From Laetmonice hystrix (Eukaryota): a stretch of 64,000 bases of DNA. The notes beneath the pieces were generated by a model that saw only the letters and a program-made list of their open reading frames with translations, was not told the origin of the DNA and searched no databases. Shown here piece after piece: positions 1-13,700 of the stretch. Position 1 is the stretch's first letter, and every line of letters begins with the position of its first letter. The position numbers were made by a program, and so were the translations under genes. The stretch lies in the NCBI GenBank assembly GCA_965235115.1, contig OZ249443.1:9734001-9798000 (forward strand), written 5' to 3'.

Positions 1-1042
1 CGTGATCAAAGCCAGCCCGAGCCACGTGTTTAATACATGACAATCACTGCAATGTACTGGTGAATCCAGGAAACAGTTTTCATTATGAAAAGCCGTTGTC
101 CTACCAAATTAGTAAACGTTTTGTGCGTGACGCTCTCAATACGTGATGTGCACTACCGACATGGATATATACGCTATGTAATGGAACAGGAACGAAATTT
201 GGGGAGAAGTGCAGCTCATTCTCCTAAATGGATATTAACTCATTATAGTATGAAGGAGACTTTAAACGATTTTGGATTCGTCTGCAAGAATATGACGTCA
301 AACGTTTATTGAAACGTCGGAGTGAATTTGGTTAGAAGTTAGAAGATATGCAACAAAAGAGGTTCACGATAGAATGCGAGAAATCTTTGGCGTGTTCCTG
401 CATTAAACAAAGTGATGACTATGAATAAGAATTCGTGAAATGTATTTGATCTGATGAAAGTACTACGAACAATCTACTTAGGGCCGGTATGGGCTGTTAA
501 TCCACGAATAACGTAGGCTTCGCAGCCAAAATATCGTGTCCAATTATTGCGAAATAGAGGCCCAGGACACGCTTTCTAATTACTCACAAGGTCACAATTG
601 GTCTGGCAGCTCACACTGAGGTTAGTGACCACAGTGGGAGTGAGAGAGAAATGTTCAGGTAGGACGCACAGATTTGTACAATCTGGTCCCTTGAGGGGTC
701 GGGGGTCGGGGGTCGGGGGTGAACTTACTGCAGCCCACGACCGGAGGAGGTCATACATTCGGGGGGAATTCGCTTGGGTCTGTTGGGGCTCGGAGGTGAG
801 GAGAGGGGGGGGGGGGGGGGTAGTAGGGAGAGGGTCGGATTGGAGAGGCTTTTTTTTGTGAATAGAGACATCTTTTAAAAAGTCTATGGGGAGGGTCCCT
901 CTGGCGAAGGGTTCAAGAGGGGGTTTTCGTATTGTTGGAAAGTTGTTTGAGGTGCGATCTTTGGTAAGAAAAGTTTGTGTTTCAATAACAAAAGGTGCGG
1001 CTGTAATAATTGGGAGGTGTTGTGGCTGTGGGGAGGTACTTT

Positions 1043-1247
1043 TGGCAGTGGAGGGGGTTGTGTTATGGCAGTGGAGGGGGTTGTGTTATAGCAGTGCATG
1101 GAGGGGGTTGTGTTATGGCAGTGCATGGGGGGGTTGTGTTATGGCAGTGGAGGGGGTTGTGTTATGGCAGTGGAGGGGGTTGTGTTATGGCAGTGGAGGG
1201 GGTTGTGTTATGGCAGTGGAGGGGGTTGTGTTATGGCAGTGGAGGGG
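1043..1247. repeat. 23-bp G-rich minisatellite (GTGGAGGGGGTTGTGTTATGGCA), ~9 copies
   Basis: Directly visible tandem units. Confidence 0.95.
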
Positions 1248-1521
1248 CGGAGGTGCTCCTATGATAATGATAGGGTCAGATAATTGGATGTTCTGTCAGG
1301 ACTTGGAATGTTCTGCTTCATTACTGAGTAACGCTCGGGTTCCATCATAACTAGCTAGGTTCCCCCAAGACTTCCACGGATGTCGGAGGTTCTGTGACGA
1401 CCTGCTATATCCGGGGTGTGGTTTCATCAGGCTACAACAGTCGGTCTGCGAGGCTGAGGGCGAGCTGTCTTTGATGCTCCAGGGTTTAATCGCCGGCCTT
1501 AGTGGCCTCTCCCCTACCCCC

Positions 1522-1524
<3 letters not shown>

Positions 1525-1580
<56 letters not shown>

Positions 1581-1624
1581 CCCCTCTCTCTCTCTCCCTC
1601 TCTCTTTCTCGTGTCTCTTTCTCT
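1525..1624. repeat. (CT)n microsatellite / pyrimidine tract
   Basis: Directly visible. Confidence 0.95.
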
Positions 1625-1740
1625 GAGTCTACCTGCTACACGGACGACGGCTACCGCTGCCTGCACCGCTGTCCGCACCAAATCGTTCCGATCCATCCCG
1701 CGTCCACGGCACTGTCTGCGACACCGCTCGGCCCCAGTCA

Positions 1741-1748
1741 ATGAGCAG
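1741..1748 (+). CDS. Putative first coding segment of the Syt gene (ATG AGC AG|gtacgg)
   Basis: Only ATG between the CT tract and the donor CAG|GTACGG at 1748/1749. There is an in-frame TGA upstream at 1624-1626. The phase-2 end matches the 6526 micro-exon. Confidence 0.45.
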
Positions 1749-4700
1749 GTACGGAGGCAGCCTTGTCTGCCGCCGGGGGACAGCTTTCTCAATCGCGCTA
1801 AATAGAAGCATGCATTGGCAGTGATTAGAGGAGGGCTCAATCTGGCCATCAGTGTGCCAGGAGGGGCGACGGTGGTGAGTGCAGGGGTTGGCGCAACCGT
1901 GTGCAGCCACAATTCTTGCAGCTCCTGCAGGGGACAGGGAGGATAGAGCCCAGACAAAAGCACCTGTGTGGTATTATTGAGAGCGTCTATAGGTGCGCGC
2001 GGGAACCAGAGTGGGAAGGCGTGCTCTACCAACCCCCTCCTCTTGTAGATACCTGAGACAGGTCTGTCGCCGTGTTGTAACTGGCACATTCCTGCACTGC
2101 AACCAGTTTTCGGCCAGTCGGTCTCTTCCGACTGCAGGAATTACGCTGCCAGGCGGAGGAGCGTCCGTCTGTGGCGAGGCAGCGTCTCTGACTGTAAAAC
2201 CGGCGTCTCCACCACATACCCCCCTGTCAGTGTCCTCCCACGGCAGCTGTGTACAGACGGTGGAGGGGGTTAGTAGGAATGTGTAAACCCTTGCAAATTT
2301 GAGTGGGAAACTGCGTTAAAATATACAGCCTCAAGGATGACGCACTCAACTATGTTTACGCAGGCACTGGCCGGATTATTTAGGAAGAAGGTCGCCAACA
2401 AGGCAGGCATATCGCTGTCACCAAGTAAGCGTTTTCCTCTATCAGGTTACATGCAGGCTAAGGTCTTATCTACTCCCTCTGCACCGTCTTTTGTGAAGAC
2501 TCCCTTTTATGAATTGCCTTCGCCCTTTTCATTTTCTGTATCCAATATGCATCTCCAGTTCCGCCAGGGTCGAGGTAATCCGGATACACGTATAAAGGTA
2601 TGATAAAATCCCTATCCATAATGTGCCCTGCGCTCTCATATCGTTAGACGCGGGGAACCCTGTTTGGGAGCAGGTTCTGGCGAGCCTCTCATGGATCCAG
2701 GATTTCAGGGAGGCACCTTTTGGTGGATAATCGGTGGCCGCCGAAAGCGGCCCATTTTCGGGGGGGTCTGGGGCCCACCCCCAGATTTTTTTCAGGAAGG
2801 CCGGCGACGTGCTTTTGAACANNNNNNNNNNNNNNNNNNNNNNNNNNNNNNNNNNNNNNNNNNNNNNNNNNNNNNNNNNNNNNNNNNNNNNNNNNNNNNN
2901 NNNNNNNNNNNNNNNNNNNNNNNNNNNNNNNNNNNNNNNNNNNNNNNNNNNNNNNNNNNCCAGGGCCGGGTGCCCCCTGAATCCGCCACTGGCTTCTTGG
3001 AAATACCGATACCCGCGGACTGCCTCTTTTCATCAAAACTACTGTGTAAACAATCTAGGCGTGACCCTGTGGCTATGTGTCAAAGATCTAGCCTTAGCCC
3101 TGTTTCTGTGTCAACAATGTAGCCTTGACCCTGTGGCTATGTAGCAATGGGTACCCTTGTCCCTGTGGACACGTATTAAACCTTAGCCATATCGATATGT
3201 GTCAGCGGCTCCTGTGACCCTGGACAGAAAAATGTACCTCTGAAAGCTTTGACCCCCGACCCTTTCACCTAACCCCATGGCTCTGTGGAGATGTGTCCGA
3301 GGTTCGACGGCTGTGCCGATAGCCGTCGCTCCACAGTAGAACCACGTGTCATGGTTGAAGACGAGAAAATTTTAGTGTTTCTCTTTTGCCTGCCAGATTG
3401 GCCTTTCTTGTAAGAACAGGTAATTGGTGGTTGGAATGAGGTTGATCGGATGTGCTGCCAGCGACTGTCCCCCATCTAGTGTTGCCAGTTTGTGATCGCG
3501 ACACAGGAACTGCGGCAGGAGGAACTGCGGCAGCCCTCCGGTAGGAGTGAGGAGGAACTGCGGCGGCCCTCCGGTAGGAGTGAGGACTAACTGCAGCCGC
3601 CCTCCGGTAGGAGTGAGGACGAACTGCGGCGGCCCTCCGGTAGGAGTGAGGACTAACTGAGGCGGCCCTCCGGTAGGAGTGAGGACTAACTGAGGCGGCC
3701 CTCCGGTAGGAGTGAGGACGAACTGCGGCGGCCCTCCGGTAGGAGTGAGGAGGAACTGCGGCGGCCCTCCGGTAGGAGTGAAGACGAACTGCAGCCGCCC
3801 TCCGGTAGGAGTGAGGAGGAACTGCGGCGGCCCTCCGGTAGGAGTGAGGACTAACTGCAGCCGCCCTCCGGTAGGAGTGAGGACGAACTGCGGCGGCCCT
3901 CCGGTAGGAGTGAGTAGGAACTGCGGCGGCCCTCCGGTAGGAGTGAGGAGGAACTGCGGCGGCCTTCCGGTAGGAGTGAGGAGGAACTGCGGCGGCCCTC
4001 CGGTAGGAGTGAGGAGGAACTGCGGCGGCCCTCCGGTAGGAGTGAGGAGGAACTGCGGTGGCCCTCCGGTAGGAGTGAGGAGGAACTGCGGCGGCCTTCC
4101 GGTAGGAGTGAGGAGGAACTGCGGCGGCCTTCCGGTAGGAGTGAGGACGAACTGCGGCGGCCCTCCGGTAGGAGTGAGGACTAACTGCGGCGGCCCTCCG
4201 GTAGGAGTGAGGAGGAACTGCGGCGGCCTTCCGGTAGGAGTGAGGAGGAACTGCGGCGGCCTTCCGGTAGGAGTGAGGAGGAACTGCGGCGGCCCTCCGG
4301 TAGGAGTGAGGAGGAACTGCGGTGGCCCTCCGGTAGGAGTGAAGAGGAACTGCGGCGGCCCTCCGGTAGGAGTGAGGAGGAACTGCGGCTGCGGCGGCCC
4401 TCCGGTAGGAGTGAGGAGGAACTGCAGCGGCCCTCGGGTAGGAGTGAGGAGGAACGGAAGCTCAGTTATAATGCCTGTGATATGTAAACTGACTTTTGGA
4501 TTATTGAAAAACTTTACGTACACGAATATTCCCGAAAGATGGTTCCTTGGTGCTATGTTATCTGGTCATGGCGTGTGTTCGTGTCTACATTAGGCCTGGG
4601 GTGGGATTGTGTGATATGATAACATGTAAAAGATAGGAATGTCGTGTAACATAATTCAAGGGCACAGGTGGCATGTTTGAAATTCGAGGAAGAATATGAT

Positions 4701-7700
4701 TTTTGCCTTCTTCAGGGTTAACGATTTGTGGATGAAATTCCACTGATGCATCTAAATGGTACTTTACATTAAGTGAACCGAATCAATGAGGTGACACTGA
4801 GAACGGAAGAAAAAAATCGATGCATCAGCAGAGTTGACTTGGGCGTCTTTGTAAAATGTATTGCTGATGTTTTGGGGTTTTAAATGAAGCTACGCTCCGC
4901 AACCACCTTTTTTCATTAACCCAGACTCCGCCTTTCGATAAGCTTCGGACGTGACAACTTTGTATTGGTAAAATAAATGGTATTCCTGACTGTAATAATT
5001 TACTGCACCCACAACCCCCATCTTGGCACCCCCCCCCCCCCACCTGGGTTGACGCAAACCCGAATCTGCCCCTGTCACGAAGGACAGGCAGAATATCATT
5101 ATTCAGTATCAGTTTTGGAGTCATTGCACTAGATGGTGGCTTTGAGGAGAAGCTGGCGACTATGGGCATGTCGCGTGCGCAGTCGTGTTCCTTTCTGGGT
5201 CTAATAATCACAGGCCGGACGCTAGGCCATTTCTGTTCAGCCGTCAAATGAACGCAGTAAGCGGGCGATGAACAACTGACCCTTCCCCTTACACTGACAA
5301 GCTTTGTGGAGACCACTGCATACTGACCCGAGCCCTGTTATTGGCCAGCCTTGCTGAGACCGACAACTCCATGCACATTCCCTCGACTACTATTCTTATA
5401 GTTAAATGTCACTTGTGCTAATTGTAACAACTGCAACTCGCACCGTTTTCCTGCGTGTTTCTGTCACCGTCGCTCCGAGATACCAGCGCCTTTCCGTTGA
5501 CCAGGAACTGAGAGGCGCGGATTCCGGGTTTTACATCAACTACGTTCCTAGCAGCAGGTCACAGGAGACTGGATATAAATTGGTTGTTGCAAGCTCAACA
5601 TTAGAATCAATCAGGCGAATAGATTGAGCCAAGTTAACCATCAGTTTTCTGCTCGCCGGTTTTCATAATAGATTTGAAGATGATGTTCAACGGTGGCCTT
5701 CCCACACTGCACTGTGCGTCAATTTATGTGAGATTAAATCTTTTATGCAAACGCATATTTAAACCGTCTCTACCAACATGTACTGCGGTGGAATTGTCGA
5801 AGAGTGATGGTTTACTCCCATGTATTTACCTTCGTGGTGGAAGAGAAAATGAGCAATAAAGCCTTTATGTATTACGGTGTATTGGAATAAAATTACGACA
5901 CCCATATCCTGCAGTAAATAGAGTCATTTGCCATCGTTAAGTATTGTACAGAATCAAAATAAACATTTGGAATATTGGAATCTTCCGGGAAGAAGCTGGC
6001 AATATAATCTGGACATGCGTATCTAGGGTAACTCAGACTAAGAATAGGCCCAGGTACCAATGCTACATTGACCAGTATGATTGTCCCGATGGCTTGCCTC
6101 ATGCGAAGGTCAATCATTAACGCTTGCCCTCGCCCACCTACCCCCCCCCCCCCCCCCCCGTCATCGTCCATGCTCATTGACGGATCGGCCAAGCGTGCTG
6201 CAGCCCACAGTGAACTGCCCTCTGATTGGTCCAAAATGACCAGCATCACAATGATGGCCTGTTTCCATTGTGGGAGGACAGAATTGCTTGTCGACATTCA
6301 CAGCATTGGCGTTTGGAACGGCGCTGATTGTCAGCACTGTTACCAGGATGTCAATAAATGTGAGTACGTATTCCGTACCGAATAGTGAGTTTCCATGGAT
6401 ATTTAGAAAGGTGCTGATGGAAAGTACCTGGATTGACTGTTAAATCCGATTTTTACCAGGAAGAAGTCTGCTCACTGTTTGTCTGTCTTTCCCTCTCTCC
6501 TTCCGTCTCTCTATTATCTCTACAGGACCGTTCCTGTACGAGGCTACATAAGCTTTCGTAAGTCTATATCCACAGAGACTGGTTTGTAATTATATAAAAA
6601 ATGATTTACTAAATTAAATGAGCAAAGTTGAGAGCTGAATGCTGATATCCGACTTATCGAAACAACCTTGAGGTGGTTCTGTAGTTGCATGTGTCCCTTT
6701 AGTCCTTCCTTGGACCTTTGTCTCAGTGTTTGCCTAGTCACGACACACATGCATTGCAGAGATTACACCGCAGTTAGGGCCAAATGGCGGACAAATTGGG
6801 ATGCGATACCGGATATATTACGTCTTGTTGTGTACAGGTGATTTAGTGTTCGCGATCTCTGGATATAATGATGAAACAACGCCTATGTACGTGTAGAGTC
6901 CAGCGTGTTCAGGGTGGGAATGCGGGACGCTGGTGGGGGAACCGGAAACCCGTGGGTTAGCGGAAGTGATGGTGCCGGCGAGCTCCGATCTTGCCCGCCA
7001 TTACGCGCAATGTTACCATTACGAATAATTTGGTCGTTCGTAACGTCTGCCCAGTATTATGAGCTGAAGGCATAAAGCCTCTCACGTAATGTATGGCTCT
7101 TGATTAATTAAAGGACAACTACTGGCTTTTGTCAGACCTGATCATAACAACCCTCCAAACAGCTCAACAAAACAGCATAACATGATGTACTGACAACAGA
7201 ATATCACATACAAGTCATGCCTGTCATATATGGTTTCGGCACTCTACAGCAACCCATCATAATTATATTAGCATATCATACCAGGCCAACCGTAGCACCT
7301 AAGAACAGGCGTTTGAACGTTTTCCACATTGAAAGATAATTAAGATAAGATGATAAAATCCCATGTAACTCGGCTCTGACTGCAATTCTCAACACATCAC
7401 GCTATCGTTTTTCTTCACGCCCCTTCTGAAGTTTCTCCAGGTTTCAATTTCAGTTTCTAACGCGCCAAGTCTTTTCACTTTGGGTGGATTTTTTTCATTC
7501 TCGGTTACTGAAACCGGACCTATTCTTGGTCTTTCTGTACTGATACCTTAGCTCGGCTAAGAATTGTTAGTTTCAAAAGGAAAATGGAGCTACGCGTAGT
7601 CGCGGTAAAAGGCTTGGGAAGTGATACTGCTATTATCGCTACAATCCAACATGATATTCTGAAAACTTACATGAATCCAAAACATAACCCGACCACTGGG

Positions 7701-10700
7701 AGCTCTATGGCAAGTATCTTTATATTGGTTGTGGGTTGTCGCCTCATGTTTCCTGGATACAGAACTTGACAAGTTGGGATAACGCTAAAAGACGGAAACG
7801 CTACAGTGTAGCAGGTGGTCAAGGTGTTGTAGACCTCGTTAATAAATGTTGGGGTGGCTTACACAATCGACACGAAAGGGTGTTAACAAATCCTAATCAC
7901 CCGGACCCATTTAGATTATCACATTTCCCATTGCGTGAATGTTCTAATTACGTTGTAATTAATAAGCGCGATCTATCTCCGCAGAAGGGATCATAGCATG
8001 CATATTATTAGTTTTACTTATAGGTTTCCAATACTTTGGTATTGTATAGCAGTGAAGTGTTTATTCTGGCCGTTCCTAAAGTATCACACATTCACCTGCA
8101 TGCTAGATCGATGAGGCTCCAACATTCTACCGATAGAGTGAGAGGTCTCCCGATTTTAAACAAATCTTTCTACAATTTTCACATTTGCAGATGTATCCTC
8201 AACCTTCCCGATCTAATAGCTTCACACATTATTATCTTGGTGCACTGCATAATGATTTGAAACACAATGTAGAGGAGATTTGGCCATTTGTCCTTGTTCA
8301 AGGTACCCGACCTTCCGACCGTGCATCCAAAGGCGGGAAAGTCAGGGCTACCCTTTAGATGACATTTCAGTAGGTGCCGTAAGGACTGCAGAAGGATGTA
8401 TTGAATCAATTCCCAGACTTCAACCTCTGACTTTTTTCGGTAACAGATAGGTCAGGTTATCATTACAGTTAGATAATGCCGTAGGTGAACTTCCCTTTGG
8501 TGTTATTTTAAAGGGAACAGGGTCGCTGTGCCCACGGTACCAAACTGACATTTATGAATGCAAATCATTACCATATCCAGGATCTGCGATAAGGGCTCTG
8601 GCATCTTTAACAAGGTGATTTCTATGGATTTTCATGTAACCTATCCGACAATGCCTTGAAATATAAGTCTTCAATTGTTTCCATCTTAAAACACCTTTTT
8701 CAATGACTCCAAAATGCAGACATGGTTAGGTTAGATTCATCGGTTCATCGCCCGATGAATTTCATTAGCTCTTTAAAGGGAGTCGTAAAATTCATTTTTT
8801 CGATTTATGGCAGTCTTAGAAACATTATGATTCGCATACATTGGACTCCCAGTAACATCATGTGAGACTGTTATGGCCCAGCGACCAGTATTTAGTAAGG
8901 AAAATATGCCAAATCTCTCGCAAATACGTAGCTCAGAATTAGCGAGCGGCCCACAGGATATTTGAGTTGGCCCCGGTCCGGGGGATGATGACGCGTGATC
9001 ACGTGACTTCCGGGTGTACATGCAGTATTTAGGTCAATGCTAGACTAGAGGGAGATTCCCTTCCACACCAGGAAGTCACGTGATCACGCGTCATCATCGC
9101 CCGACCGCGGCCAACTCAAATATCCTGTGGGCCGCTCGCTAATTCTGAGCTACGTATTTGCGAGAGATTTGGCATATTTTCCTTACTAAATACTGGTCGC
9201 TGGGCCATAACAGTCTCACATGATGTTACTTGGAGTCCAAGGTATGCGAATCATATGTTTCTAAGACTGCCATAAATCGAAAAAATGAATTTTACGACTC
9301 CCTTTAAGTCAATGCCAGTTGAACTATTTTGTCAGCAACCAGCCATAAGACGATCGCTTCATAGCGACTACAGGCGACTGGAATTTTGGAGTCATTGAAA
9401 TAAGATATAGTTGCTTTAAAGGTGTGAAACAATTATAAACCCTTAATTCTTCTTATTCGGTACGACTTCCTTACTGTTTCCGAAGCTGTTTTTTTCACAA
9501 ACATGTGTTGATATTTTGTTATTATCCGAGGGCGGTGAGGGTAATACATTTTCATTTTCCTTTTGTGTTCCCCTCTCACAGGCAGTTCTCCCAATCGAAC
9601 ACCGACTACCTCGACGTCTCTGCAAGAAATGGCGTTTTCCTTTCCAACCGAGAAGTTAACAGAAACGGTAACGCAGGTTCAGGTTCCAACCACTTCTCAA
9701 AGATCTCGGAGGAGGGCCTCGATGCAAGACGCACTTGACGCCACCCAAATCAATACAAGTCTTTATGAGGATATGCAGGTAAGGGGAGTTTTCTTGACAT
9801 ATTTGTTTGTGACCTTTTTCATATCCAGTTTTATTTTTGTAAAACAGATTTAGGAGATAACAGATATACTATAGGTTATATAGTTTGTGCAGAATCGTCC
9901 AGTACTGTATACAAGTTTTAAAACGTTTTAAACTCGATTATTTGGAAGGGTATTCTTGACGTATTACCCGTTGAGGGTGACCTCAGGGTTCGCCGGGAAG
10001 TATACATCAGAACCGCACCCGTTTGTATATTGTGCAGCAGACTAAGAAAGATTGACGCGTCATATTCTGTATCTATATGTCAAGGGAGATGGGAGGAGTT
10101 TAGAATAACCACAGGTCAAGCTGTCTGTCTGTGGGGAAATAAACAAAAGCCGAGGTCACCAGAGCCCTTCTCTGAGGTTGCGGCGATTGAATGTAATCAG
10201 CGACCAAAGGAAATATCCTGTCATGTAGGTCAACCATGCGGACACGTCCGCCTCGTAATACTGAACGACCAATTCTATGTCATGCTCCCTCTAGTCATCG
10301 GAGACATATATATCTTAATATATATACCCGTGTATGTCGTACTGAAGTGGTGAGATACGGATTGCGTCCGCTCAGACTGCAGAGTCCTAACTCCCGGTCT
10401 TACCGAGTCTGTCGTATCGTCTCCTTGTGCGAACCCAACACTGAGAGTTCATCTACAGATCAGCACCTTATAATCGTCCGAAACTTTCCAAAAACAAAAT
10501 CGTACACGTCTAAGTCCTCTTGGTGTTTTGTTTGTTTGTATTTCGCCAAGGTAATTAAAGAAAAACTTACTTACTTCAAAGATAAATCCTTGGGTTTCAT
10601 ATACTTACGCCATGCTTGTATTGTTTCGTACACAAGCACTCTAGCTTCCACTAATGGAGAGAGTTGTGCCCTTTCTGATAGTACAGATGTCATTTATCAG

Positions 10701-13700
10701 TTTGTTTATCCATGGTGTTATGTATGATCAGGGAGGGATTGATATCACACACAAAAATAGGCATGAAACCTGGTCATATTACTTGTATACGGGGTGAGGG
10801 GGTCCATAGAAAGTAATCACACAGATAAAAACAACTTTGATCTAATCTTTCCTGGCAATCATCCAATCAAAAGTCGACGAGAGCTGCCGGAAACATGTTG
10901 CCATTGATATCAAAAGAAACCGAGTCGGTCTCAATCATTGTAGCCCGGTCTTCATATCAATGTCGGCTTGGGGCTCATGTACAGTTTATATAGTTAGAGC
11001 TTTGGGCGGTGAACAATGTCGGTATCAGTGGCGGATCCAGGATTTCAGAAAAGGGGGGCCCAACTTTTGTTGGATAATCAGTGGCCTATTTTTAGGGGGT
11101 CTGCCCCCCCCCCCAGAATTTCTTTTTCAGGAACGTCGAAAACATGTTTTCTGAACATGTAGAGTAGAAATTTCTCCCAAATTCTTTAATGAAATTCCAT
11201 TATTTTTAAGCATGAAACATAGAAAATAGGCAGGATTTTGGAAAATAGGGGGGGGGGGCGGGTGGGCCCCCCCCCTGGATCCGCCACTGGGTATGGTATG
11301 GAGCGCTATCTGAGTAAGGTGTTCATTACCTGTAACAAAGCTTCATTTCCATGTACTACTGAACGATGTGTTATATAGTTCTTATGAACGTGCAGCGTGC
11401 TGGTTTTGATTGGTGCTTCAGAATAAAGAAATCTTTCATCTAAACTGGATTCTGTATGATTAAGATTAATGTAAGAACCGCTTTATCATGGGCTTCCTTT
11501 AAAATACAGTACATTCCTTAAGATATCGATCCAGGTACAGTTCTTGAAATTTCCCATTGGAGGACCGGGAAATCATAGGGAAAGAAAAATTCTTTCTGCC
11601 AAAATGGAATAGAAAATCGTTGAGACAGCCAAGCACAAGTGCACCTACCGTGGAATGTTATTGATATTTGGATCTATTTCAGTACATCAGGCATCGAATG
11701 AAATGTCTACATTTCGCACGTCTTGTTTTCATCTTATTGATTGAGAGGAAGACATTTATCGTTGAGATCGGGTCTAAGATCGTGAAGGCTCTCAGGCGTA
11801 CCTTTTGTACATGTATACAACTTTATCAGGGTGGGCTTTCATTCAACATATACCACAATTATACAGACATTCGCCTGAGTTATAGTCTGTTCGCTCTACG
11901 AAGAGCTCGACCTCGGTCTCATTAAATCTCTGACCTGCCCCCCTCCTCCCGTCTACCCACAGCTGGCGTATCACAAGTCATCACCGCCTGTCATTCAAGA
12001 ATATGACCAAATTTCACGTGGTTCTGTATTACCCCAAACGAACTAACAGCTTTAATGAGGCCGAGGTCGAGCTCTTCTTAGAGCGAACAGACTATACTAT
12101 ATGTCACGATAGGATTTGAAAAGAAAATCGAAAATAAGGGAGTGGTCATGTAATTTTATTCTTGGCTACAAGATGACTCCACGGCCGATCTCAGCAGGAA
12201 GGTGAACTGATTTGCTGACCAATAGCTTCAAGAGCCCTCAACACTTGTGTGTATAAGTTGTTTGAGCTATCTCTCGGTAATGCACCTTTCGCCCTTTCAC
12301 CTTTTAGATTCAATCGTTGCCCTGGTGCCTTTAAATCTCCCAGTTGTGTGTAAATAATTGCGTGTTGCCGATGTGGAACCCTCGGGTGTAATTTTCATAG
12401 ATTTGAGTCGGCCATGACCTGGGTGAGATGTCGGTGGTCTCGGCGTCATCAAGATCTAGCTGTCGGCGTCTCCGCAAACTGTTCGTATCAACCATTGAAC
12501 TCAATAACCAGGATAAGGAGTCGTGATTATGAGTGATGTAGCGAGGCTTTGATCTAAGTCGTGAACCTGTCCAGGCTGTCTAGCTTTTAAAGTTTAAGAA
12601 ACGTTTTACAAACGTTTTACCAATGTTATTCCCTCTGACTGAAGATGGGTGTGTGACGTTTGTTGTGCGATGGGTCGATACGTCTGTGGTAATGTGCCGC
12701 GGAAGGCGGCCATGTTGTGGCTGAAGTGAACGCTGATCAATGATTAATACGTGCGGGATCTTGAGCTACGCCACCTGCCCGCCAGGGGATCATTAAGGTT
12801 AAGTGTGTGTACAGGTAATGATGGCCCGGGAGGTGATGTCCCGCTTAGTTTGTTCATTGAATTATGACTTGGACATTTGTCGCATCCGAGGTCGCAGTTT
12901 TAGAGTGCACTTGGAATTACTTTAGCCTAGGAAAATTGAGTATGGTCACTCGCAATTGGCTACTTCGTTTTTGCTGATAATTGAGAATAATGGACAAAGT
13001 TTCTGTCTTTTTTGTCTTTCTCAGAAAGTAAGCCCCTACGAATTGCATTACCAGGACATGGATGCATCGACATTTCTAAAAGGGAACCATGGGTACAATA
13101 TTTTAAGATATGGGTTAAAACTTCAGTCCTTATCAGGAAATTGTAATATTTCAGCGGTCTTTTGGTGACGATGTTGCATGGGTCTGAGTCCCAGCATAGC
13201 GAAGGGAGGTCTAATATTTCCCTGAAGTTTGGAGGCTACACTCCCAACCGCCACTCCCTTGTATCCTTGTGTGGAGTAGCCCTGTTAAGTCACAGTAGGA
13301 CACTCAGTCCAGGGGACATCTAGGAATGTGACAAGGGACAATCACTGTGGGACAGAAGCAGTGAACGATCAGGTTAAACATCGTATCGTCACTTTGGTCA
13401 CTTTAGGGTAAGAACACATTCTATCACCCCCCCCCCCCACACACACACACACACTTTGATGATTATACCAATTGTTCCTGAAACCCTCAGAAGGGTTGTT
13501 ACGGGGAGGATTATGAATGATCGATCTCGTCATCATACGTTACAACATGCCTGGGATAGAATGTTCCATCCCTGAGCGTGCACAGGGCAGATAGAATACC
13601 ATCTAGTTGACAAGGGTCGATATAAACTACATCAAGTATGGGTCAAGGGACACTATCGGTCTTCTTGTTCTCCCACCTCAGCGGAGTGGATTGTCTGTGA

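Noticed and set aside
1900-2620. GC-rich stretch with several overlapping ORFs
   Set aside because: It may be retroelement debris, but no motif could be identified.
3372-4593. 383-aa and 293-aa repeat ORFs as genes
   Set aside because: They are a by-product of a stop-free 33-bp unit; there is no domain signature or gene context.
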